From positions 26,352,001 to 26,416,000 of the forward strand of contig NC_086118.1 of assembly GCF_963921235.1 (NCBI RefSeq): a DNA stretch of 64,000 bases, in the 5' to 3' direction. A program made the translations under genes and the position numbers. Source of the DNA: Mobula hypostoma. Taxonomy: Eukaryota. Below, piece after piece: positions 39,719-48,466 of this stretch. Below the pieces are notes generated by a model. That model saw nothing but the letters and a program-made list of their open reading frames with translations. It was not told the DNA's origin and searched no databases. The first letter of the stretch is position 1. Each line of letters opens with the position of its first letter.

Positions 39719-41333
39719 CAGGGGCATGCAAAAGTTTGGGCACCCCGGTCAAAATTTCTGTTACTGTGAATTGCTAAGCGAGCAAAAGATGACCTGATTT
39801 CCAAAAGGCACAAGGTTAAAGTTGACACATTTTTAAAATATTTTAAGCAAGATTACTTTTTTATTTCCATCTTTTACAGTTTCAAAATAACTAAAAAGGA
39901 AAAGGGCCTGAAGCAAAAGTTTGGGCACCCTGCATGGTCAGTACGTAGTAACTCCCCCTTTGGCAAGCAACATAGCTTGTAAACACTTTCTGTAGCCAGC
40001 TAAGAGTCTTTCAATTTGGGGGATTTTCGCCCATTCTTCCTTGCAAAAGGCTTCTAGTTCTGTGAGATTCTTGGGCCGTCTTGTATGCACTGCTCTTTTG
40101 AGGTCTGTCTACAGGTTTCGATGACGTTTAGGTCGGGGAACTGTGAGGACCATGGTAAAACCTTTAGCTTGCGCCTCTTGAGGTAGTCCATTGTGGATTT
40201 TGAGGTGTGTTTACGATTATTATCCTGTTGTAGAAGCCATCCTCTTTTCAACTTCAGCTTTTTTACAGACGGTGTGATGTTTGCTTCCAGAATTTGCTGG
40301 TATTTAGTTGAATTAATTCTTCCCTCTACCAGTGAAATCTTCCCCGTGCCACTGGCTGCAACACAAGCCCAAAGCATGATTGATCCACCCCCGTGCTTAA
40401 CAGTTGGAGAGGTGTTCTTTTCATGAAATTCTGCACCTTTTTTTCTCCAAACATACCTTTGCTCATTGCGGCCAAAAAGTTCTATTTTAACTTCATCAGT
40501 CCACAGGACTTGTTTCCAAAATGCATCAGGCTTGTTTAGATGTTCCTTTGCAAACTTCTGACACTGAATTTTGTGGTAAGGACGCAGGAAAGGTTTTCTT
40601 CTGATGACTCTTCCATGAAGGTCATATTTGTGCAGGTGTCGCTGCACAGTAGAACAGTGCACCACCACTCCAGAGTCTGCTAAATCTTCCTGAAGGTCTT
40701 TTGCAGTCAAATGGGGGTTTTGATTTGCCTTCCTAGCAATCCTATGAGCAGTTCTTTCGGAAAGTTTTCTTGGTCTTCCAGATCTCAACTTGACCTCCAC
40801 CATTCCTGTTAACTGCCATTTCTTAATTACATTACGAACTGAGGAAACGGCTACCTGAAAATGCTTTGCTATTTTCTTACAGCCTTCTCCTGCTTTGTGG
40901 AAATCATTTATTTTAATTTTCAGAGTGCTAGGCAGCTGCTTAGAGCAGCCCATGGCTGCTGATGGTTGGAACAAGGTCTGAGGAGTTAGGGTATTTATAA
41001 GGCTTTGACATTTATATCACCTGGCCTTTCCTAACGATGAATGTGAACAAGCCATAGCCCTAACAAGCTAATTAAGGTCTGAGACCTTGGTAAAAGTTAT
41101 CTGAGAGCTCAAATCTCTTGGGATGCCCAAATTTTTGCATAGTAATCCTTTCCTTTTTTTCCACTCTAACATTGTATAAAACAAAAATAATACACTAATC
41201 TTGCTAAAAGTGTTGAAAAGAATGTTTCATCTTTAACTTTATGACTTTTGGAGATCAGTTCATCATCTACTCACTTAACTATTCACAGTAACAGAAATTT
41301 TGACTGGGGTGTCCAAACTTTTGCATGCCACTG
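39719..41333 (-). mobile_element. Full-length Tc1-family DNA transposon (IR/DR type), 1615 bp
   Basis: TA duplication at both ends (39717-18, 41334-35); termini caggggcatgcaaaagtttggg / ccaaacttttgcatgccactg; imperfect ~200-bp TIRs with an inner repeat gcaaaagtttgggcaccc. Confidence 0.95.
39938..40953 (-). pseudogene. Tc1 DD34E-type transposase with a frameshift just after the catalytic E
   Basis: RSGRPRK, WTDEVK, KHGGGSIMLW, QQDNNRKH, PDLNVIE; frame shifts near 40115 and the C-terminus continues in another frame to TGA at 39938. Confidence 0.9.
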
Positions 41334-41619
41334 TAGCTAAAATTGAATTGGCCATAGGCAAGCAGGGTATATTTAAAACTTGCTGTTGCTACCCAGTGAC
41401 ATCACAACGTCTGAATTTGAAATTCTAGTCTGCTCTGCAGTTAGTGAAAATCAATACCAATGAATAAAACCAAATGTTCTCAGTGCTGTATGATAAGATA
41501 TTTTGCAATTGGCTTTTGTAAATACAGGAAATATTAATCAATAACATGAATGCACTAGTCCACCAATAGCATAATTGTGACAATTTATTGATCACGTTGG
41601 CCTCACACTGCATCTGTAC

Positions 41620-41755
41620 CTGATCTGGAGTCACTTTTCCCTCATCTGCCACCATTTTTCGAAGTGCTGCAACAGTTCCAAGGAGTGGGATTGCCAAGCC
41701 TATCCTTAGGTATCTTTGATTCTTTGAGTGGAAAACCAAAATGACATTCAAAGCC
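41620..41755 (-). CDS. USP43: Internal coding exon (136 bp) of a USP43-like ubiquitin-specific peptidase
   Basis: Translates (R)ALNVILVFHSKNQRYLRIGLAIPLLGTVAALRKMVADEGKVTPDQ, matching the USP43 segment as recalled (FLRVGLAVPILSTVAALRKMVAEEGGV). Flanked by ttcag acceptor and gtacag donor on the minus strand; ends in phase 0, compatible with the next exon. Confidence 0.88.
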
Positions 41756-42270
41756 CTGAAAGTAAACAGAAATAATTCATTTAGTAAGATAAATGTACAT
41801 AAAGAGAGTTGCAGCATTGTTTCAGTGAGATGATCCATACAATGAAGTAAAGGGAATAGGCTTTCATTCCATCCAGCAACATTGAACAAAGTCAATTTAG
41901 AAACTTTGCAAGGGAGCACTGAGGCCAAACCTGTCTTAATTCTGAGAAATAAATTATTCTATTTAAAAGAATAAATGGGGGTGGGGGGGGGAAATCGCTC
42001 TGAAACCTACTGAATATTGAATATAGAGTGGTCATGGAGAGGATAATTCCAATCGTGGGACCAGAGGGCACAGCCTCAGAATAGAAGGACATCCCTTTAG
42101 AACAGAGATGAGAAGGAATTTCTTCAGCCAGAGAGTGGTAAACTTGTGGGATTCATTGCCAAAGACGGCTGTGGAGAATAAGTCATTGGGTACATTTAAA
42201 GCGGAGGTTGATATATTTCAAAGTTGCTGGTGAACGCAGTAGGCCAGGCAGCATCTATAGGAAGAGGCGC

Positions 42271-42306
42271 AGTCGACGTTTCAGGCCGAGACCCTTCGTC
42301 AGGACT
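42271..42306 (-). ncRNA. Minimal type I hammerhead ribozyme (left arm)
   Basis: Exact reverse complement of 48431-48466. Confidence 0.85.
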
Positions 42307-42600
42307 AACTGAAGGAAGAGTGAGTAAGGGATTTGAAAGCTGGAGGGGGAGGGGGAGATCCAAAATGATAGGAGAAGACAGGAGGGGGAGGGATGGAGCC
42401 GAGAGCTGGACAGGTGATAGGCATAAGGGGATACGAGAGGATCATGGGACAGGAGGTCCGGGAAGAAAGACGGAGGGGGGGGTGACCCAGAGGATGGGCA
42501 AGAGGTATATTCAGAGGGACAGAGGGAGAAAAAGGAGAGTGAGAGAAAGAATGTATGCATAAAAAAGAGTAACAGATGGGGTACGAGGGGGAGGTGGGGC

Positions 42601-45267
42601 CTAGCGGAAGTTAGAGAAGTCAATGTTCATGCCATCAGGTTGGAGGCTACCCATACGGAATATAAGGTGTTGTTCCTCCAACCTGAGTGTGGCTTCATCT
42701 TTACAGTAGAGGAGGCCGTGGATAGACATGTCAGAATGGGAATGGGATGTGGAATTAAAATGTGTGGCCACTGGGAGATCCTGCTTTCTCTGGCGGACAG
42801 AGCGTAGATGTTCAGCAAAGCGGTCTCCCAGTCTGCGTCGGGTCTCACCAATATATAAAAGGCCACATCGGGAGCACCGGACGCAGTATATCACCCCAGT
42901 CGACTCACAGGTGAAGTGATGCCTCACCTGGAAGGACTGTTTGGGGCCCTGAATGGTGGTAAGGGAGGAAGTGTAAGGGCATGTGTAGCACTTGTTCCGC
43001 TTACACGGATAAGTACCAGGAGGGAGATCAGTGGGGAGGGATGGGGGGGACGAATGGACAAGGGAGTTGTGTAGGGAGCGATCCCTGTGGAATGCAGAGA
43101 GAGGGGGGGAGGGAAAGATATGCTTAGTGGTGGGATCCCGTTGGAGGTGGCGGAAGTTACGGAGAATAATATGTTGGACCCGGAGGCTGGTGGGGTGGTA
43201 GGTGAGGACCAGGGGAACCCTATTCCTAGTGGGGTGGTGGGAGGATGGAGTGAGAGCAGATGTACGTGAAATGGGGGAGATGCATTTAAGAGCAGAGTTG
43301 ATAGTGGAGGAAGGGAAGCCCCTTTCTTTAAAAAATGAAGACATCTCCCTCGTCCTAGAATGAAAAGCCTCATCCTGAGAGCAGATGCGGCGGAGACGGA
43401 GGAATTGCGAGAAGGGGATGGCGTTTTTGCAAGAGACAGGGTGAGAAGAGGAATAGTCCAGATAGCTGTGAGAGTCAGTAGGCTTATAGTAGACATCAGT
43501 GGATAAGCTGTCTCCAGAGACAGCGACAGAAAGATCTAGAAAGGGGAGGGAGGTGTCGGAAATGGACCAGGTAAACTTGAGGGCAGGGTGAAAGTTGGAG
43601 GCAAAGTTAATAAAGTCAACGAGTTCTGCATGCGTGCAGGAAGCAGCGCCAATGCAGTCGTCGATGTAGCGAAGGAAAAGTGAGGGACAGATACCAGAAA
43701 AGGCACGGAACATAGATTGTTCCACAAACCCAACAAAAAGGCAGGCATAGCTAGGACCCATACGGGTGCCCATAGCTACACCTTTAGTTTGGAAGAAATG
43801 GGAGGAGCAAAAGGAGAAATTATTAAGAGTAAGGACTAATTCTGCTAGACGGAGCAGAGTGGTGGTAGAGGGGAACTGATTAGATCTGGAATCCAAAAAG
43901 AAGCGTAGAGCTTTGAGACCTTCCTGATGGGGGATGGAAGTATATAGGGACTGGACATCCATGGTGAAAATAAAGCGGTGGGGGCCAGGGAACTTAAAAT
44001 CATCGAAAAGTTTAAGAGCGTGAGAAGTGTCACGAACATAGGTCGGAAGGGATTGAACAAGGGGTGATAAAACAGTGTCGAGGTATGCAGAAACGAGTTC
44101 GGTGGGGCAGGAGCAAGCTGAGACAATAGGTCGGCCAGGACAGGCAGGTTTGTGGATCTTGGGTAGGAGGTAGAAACGGGAAGTGCGGGGTGTGGGAACT
44201 ATAAGGTTGGTAGCAGTGGATGGGAGATCCCCTGAGCGGATAAAGTCGTTGATAGTGTGGGAGACAATGGCCTGGTGCTCCTTAGTGGGGTCACGATCGA
44301 GGGGTAAATAAGAGGAGGTATCCGCGAGTTGTCGCTGTGCCTCGGCAAGGTAGAGGTCAGTACGCCAGACTACAACAGCACCCCCTTTATCAGCGGGTTT
44401 AATAATAATGTTAGGATTAGTGCGGAGGGAGTGGAGAGCAGAGCGTTCCGAAGGAGTGAGGTTGGAATGGGGACAAGGTGCGGTGAAGTCGAGACGGTTG
44501 ATGTCCCGTCGGCAGTTGGCAATAAAGAGATCCAGAGCAGGCAGAAGACCAGAGCGGGGTGTCCATGAAGAAGAGGAGGGTTGAAGACGGGAGAAGGGGT
44601 CATCGGTGGGGGTGGAAGAGTCCTTGCCGAAGAAGTAGGCTCGGAGACGGAGACGGCGGAAGAAAAGTTCCGCATCGTGGCGAACACGGAACTCGCTGAG
44701 GTGTGGGCGAAGGGGGACAAACGTGAGGCCCTTACTGAGAACAGAGCGTTCTGCCTTCGACAGTTGAAGGTCGGAGGGGATGGTAAAGACCCGGCACGGA
44801 TGAGAGCTGGGATCAGAGGGGGGAGGGGGGAGGCTGGGGGTGTCAATGGAGAGGGGAGGGTTGGGGTGGGAGGAAGATGGAGCCTCTGAGGGCCCAGGAG
44901 TTGACGGTGGGATCTGAGGAAGACGGGGCTGCGGAGTGGTGGTGGGGGAAGGGGAGACGGGAGTCACAACAGCAGCACATAAAGACCCGGCCTGGAGTTC
45001 AAGGCTGGAGTCGCAGTTGGTGGTTGCGCGATCGCTTTGAATGTCTCCATGGTCGTTGCTGGAGTCCGGGTTTTGAATATGTCCTGAGGTGTTGGAGCCG
45101 CCGAGATCAACGGCAGGGGCCGCAACCAAAAGTTCATGCCTGCTAGCGTCGGGGCCGGCAGGCTCTGGAGTCCGTAGATGTAAGATCTTGCGATCTTTGC
45201 CTAACATGACAAAGTCAAAGAAACGGCGATTTGGACCTTCTGAGGATCCCAGGTACTCACATTTCAT
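42601..45267 (-). CDS. Neptune-type PLE polyprotein, left arm (888-aa open frame)
   Basis: Mirror of 45470-48136 with the same RT and GIY-YIG motifs; three visible amino-acid differences from the right arm (K/E, S/P, C/R). Confidence 0.92.
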   Translation of the reverse strand: MKCEYLGSSEGPNRRFFDFVMLGKDRKILHLRTPEPAGPDASRHELLVAAPAVDLGGSNTSGHIQNPDSSNDHGDIQSDRATTNCDSSLELQAGSLCAAVVTPVSPSPTTTPQPRLPQIPPSTPGPSEAPSSSHPNPPLSIDTPSLPPPPSDPSSHPCRVFTIPSDLQLSKAERSVLSKGLTFVPLRPHLSEFRVRHDAELFFRRLRLRAYFFGKDSSTPTDDPFSRLQPSSSSWTPRSGLLPALDLFIANCRRDINRLDFTAPCPHSNLTPSERSALHSLRTNPNIIIKPADKGGAVVVWRTDLYLAEAQRQLADTSSYLPLDRDPTKEHQAIVSHTINDFIRSGDLPSTATNLIVPTPRTSRFYLLPKIHKPACPGRPIVSACSCPTELVSAYLDTVLSPLVQSLPTYVRDTSHALKLFDDFKFPGPHRFIFTMDVQSLYTSIPHQEGLKALRFFLDSRSNQFPSTTTLLRLAELVLTLNNFSFCSSHFFQTKGVAMGTRMGPSYACLFVGFVEQSMFRAFSGICPSLFLRYIDDCIGAASCTHAELVDFINFASNFHPALKFTWSISDTSLPFLDLSVAVSGDSLSTDVYYKPTDSHSYLDYSSSHPVSCKNAIPFSQFLRLRRICSQDEAFHSRTREMSSFFKERGFPSSTINSALKCISPISRTSALTPSSHHPTRNRVPLVLTYHPTSLRVQHIILRNFRHLQRDPTTKHIFPSPPLSAFHRDRSLHNSLVHSSPPSLPTDLPPGTYPCKRNKCYTCPYTSSLTTIQGPKQSFQVRHHFTCESTGVIYCVRCSRCGLLYIGETRRRLGDRFAEHLRSVRQRKQDLPVATHFNSTSHSHSDMSIHGLLYCKDEATLRLEEQHLIFRMGSLQPDGMNIDFSNFR

Positions 45268-48136
45268 TGACTCTGCCTCTCGCCGCTTCTCCCGTCAAGC
45301 TCTGAAGGCGACGCTCTCTGCCATGAGGAGGTACTTGGTGTCCCTATCCCAGACCCTTCCACACCTTTGGGACACTTTCTTCGCCGTCTGTAATGGTCCT
45401 ACCCGCTATTTCATCCTCCGTCGGATCCACGCCTGCAATCGCCGTTTCTTTCGGCGAGAGGCAGAGTCAATGAAATGTGAGTACCTGGGATCCTCAGAAG
45501 GTCCAAATCGCCGTTTCTTTGACTTTGTCATGTTAGGCAAAGATCGCAAGATCTTACATCTACGGACTCCAGAGCCTGCCGGCCCCGACGCTAGCAGGCA
45601 TGAACTTTTGGTTGCGGCCCCTGCCGTTGATCTCGGCGGCTCCAACACCTCAGGACATATTCAAAACCCGGACTCCAGCAACGACCATGGAGACATTCAA
45701 AGCGATCGCGCAACCACCAACTGCGACTCCAGCCTTGAACTCCAGGCCGGGTCTTTATGTGCTGCTGTTGTGACTCCCGTCTCCCCTTCCCCCACCACCA
45801 CTCCGCAGCCCCGTCTTCCTCAGATCCCACCGTCAACTCCTGGGCCCTCAGAGGCTCCATCTTCCTCCCACCCCAACCCTCCCCTCTCCATTGACACCCC
45901 CAGCCTCCCCCCTCCCCCCTCTGATCCCAGCTCTCATCCGTGCCGGGTCTTTACCATCCCCTCCGACCTTCAACTGTCGGAGGCAGAACGCTCTGTTCTC
46001 AGTAAGGGCCTCACGTTTGTCCCCCTTCGCCCACACCTCAGCGAGTTCCGTGTTCGCCACGATGCGGAACTTTTCTTCCGCCGTCTCCGTCTCCGAGCCT
46101 ACTTCTTCGGCAAGGACTCTTCCACCCCCACCGATGACCCCTTCTCCCGTCTTCAACCCTCCTCTTCTTCATGGACACCCCGCTCTGGTCTTCTGCCTGC
46201 TCTGGATCTCTTTATTGCCAACTGCCGACGGGACATCAACCGTCTCGACTTCACCGCACCTTGTCCCCATTCCAACCTCACTCCTTCGGAACGCTCTGCT
46301 CTCCACTCCCTCCGCACTAATCCTAACATTATTATTAAACCCGCTGATAAAGGGGGTGCTGTTGTAGTCTGGCGTACTGACCTCTACCTTGCCGAGGCAC
46401 AGCGACAACTCGCGGATACCTCCTCTTATTTACCCCTCGATCGTGACCCCACTAAGGAGCACCAGGCCATTGTCTCCCACACTATCAACGACTTTATCCG
46501 CTCAGGGGATCTCCCATCCACTGCTACCAACCTTATAGTTCCCACACCCCGCACTTCCCGTTTCTACCTCCTACCCAAGATCCACAAACCTGCCTGTCCT
46601 GGCCGACCTATTGTCTCAGCTTGCTCCTGCCCCACCGAACTCGTTTCTGCATACCTCGACACTGTTTTATCACCCCTTGTTCAATCCCTTCCGACCTATG
46701 TTCGTGACACTTCTCACGCTCTTAAACTTTTCGATGATTTTAAGTTCCCTGGCCCCCACCGCTTTATTTTCACCATGGATGTCCAGTCCCTATATACTTC
46801 CATCCCCCATCAGGAAGGTCTCAAAGCTCTACGCTTCTTTTTGGATTCCAGATCTAATCAGTTCCCCTCTACCACCACTCTGCTCCGTCTAGCAGAATTA
46901 GTCCTTACTCTTAATAATTTCTCCTTTTGCTCCTCCCATTTCTTCCAAACTAAAGGTGTAGCTATGGGCACCCGTATGGGTCCTAGCTATGCCTGCCTTT
47001 TTGTTGGGTTTGTGGAACAATCTATGTTCCGTGCCTTTTCTGGTATCTGTCCCCCACTTTTCCTTCGCTACATCGACGACTGCATTGGCGCTGCTTCCTG
47101 CACGCATGCAGAACTCGTTGACTTTATTAACTTTGCCTCCAACTTTCACCCTGCCCTCAAGTTTACCTGGTCCATTTCCGACACCTCCCTCCCCTTTCTA
47201 GATCTTTCTGTCGCTGTCTCTGGAGACAGCTTATCCACTGATGTCTACTATAAGCCTACTGACTCTCACAGCTATCTGGACTATTCCTCTTCTCACCCTG
47301 TCTCTTGCAAAAACGCCATCCCCTTCTCGCAATTCCTCCGTCTCCGCCGCATCTGCTCTCAGGATGAGGCTTTTCATTCTAGGACGAGGGAGATGTCTTC
47401 ATTTTTTAAAGAAAGGGGCTTCCCTTCCTCCACTATCAACTCTGCTCTTAAACGCATCTCCCCCATTTCACGTACATCTGCTCTCACTCCATCCTCCCAC
47501 CACCCCACTAGGAATAGGGTTCCCCTGGTCCTCACCTACCACCCCACCAGCCTCCGGGTCCAACATATTATTCTCCGTAACTTCCGCCACCTCCAACGGG
47601 ATCCCACCACTAAGCATATCTTTCCCTCCCCCCCTCTCTCTGCATTCCACAGGGATCGCTCCCTACACAACTCCCTTGTCCATTCGTCCCCCCCATCCCT
47701 CCCCACTGATCTCCCTCCTGGTACTTATCCGTGTAAGCGGAACAAGTGCTACACATGCCCTTACACTTCCTCCCTTACCACCATTCAGGGCCCCAAACAG
47801 TCCTTCCAGGTGAGGCATCACTTCACCTGTGAGTCGACTGGGGTGATATACTGCGTCCGGTGCTCCCGATGTGGCCTTTTATATATTGGTGAGACCCGAC
47901 GCAGACTGGGAGACCGCTTTGCTGAACATCTACGCTCTGTCCGCCAGAGAAAGCAGGATCTCCCAGTGGCCACACATTTTAATTCCACATCCCATTCCCA
48001 TTCTGACATGTCTATCCACGGCCTCCTCTACTGTAAAGATGAAGCCACACTCAGGTTGGAGGAACAACACCTTATATTCCGTATGGGTAGCCTCCAACCT
48101 GATGGCATGAACATTGACTTCTCTAACTTCCGCTAG
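45232..48136 (+). CDS. Neptune-type PLE polyprotein, right arm (RT + Zn linker + GIY-YIG endonuclease), 5'-truncated and rearranged but open
   Basis: Motifs KPADKGG, FYLLPKIHK, GRPIVS, MDVQSLYTSI, QTKGVAMG, LRYIDD, LPFLDL, YYKPT; linker CKRNKCYTC; VIYCVRCSRCGLLYIGET..RFAEH. Native-sense sequence appears to begin near 45232; in-frame ATGs at 45323 and 45470. Confidence 0.92.
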
Positions 48137-48430
48137 GCCCCACCTCCCCCTCGTACCCCATCTGTTACTCTTTTTTATGCATACATTCTTTCTCTCACTC
48201 TCCTTTTTCTCCCTCTGTCCCTCTGAATATACCTCTTGCCCATCCTCTGGGTCACCCCCCCCTCCGTCTTTCTTCCCGGACCTCCTGTCCCATGATCCTC
48301 TCGTATCCCCTTATGCCTATCACCTGTCCAGCTCTCGGCTCCATCCCTCCCCCTCCTGTCTTCTCCTATCATTTTGGATCTCCCCCTCCCCCTCCAGCTT
48401 TCAAATCCCTTACTCACTCTTCCTTCAGTT

Positions 48431-48466
48431 AGTCCTGACGAAGGGTCTCGGCCTGAAACGTCGACT
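48431..48466 (+). ncRNA. Minimal type I hammerhead ribozyme in the PLE 3' region (right arm)
   Basis: agtc CTGACGA agggtctcggcct GAAAC GTC gact: stem I agtc/gact, both core boxes, short stem II, palindromic ACGT in place of stem III, GUC cleavage triplet. Confidence 0.85.

Noticed and set aside
41425..41928. 167-aa ORF as a standalone gene
   Set aside because: Only 41620-41755 resembles USP43 and it is bounded by splice sites; the rest is intron read-through.
45089..45231. N-terminal part of the 1015-aa ORF (MLEPPRSTAG...)
   Set aside because: It is the antisense of the left arm read through by chance from a non-ATG start, not native PLE protein.
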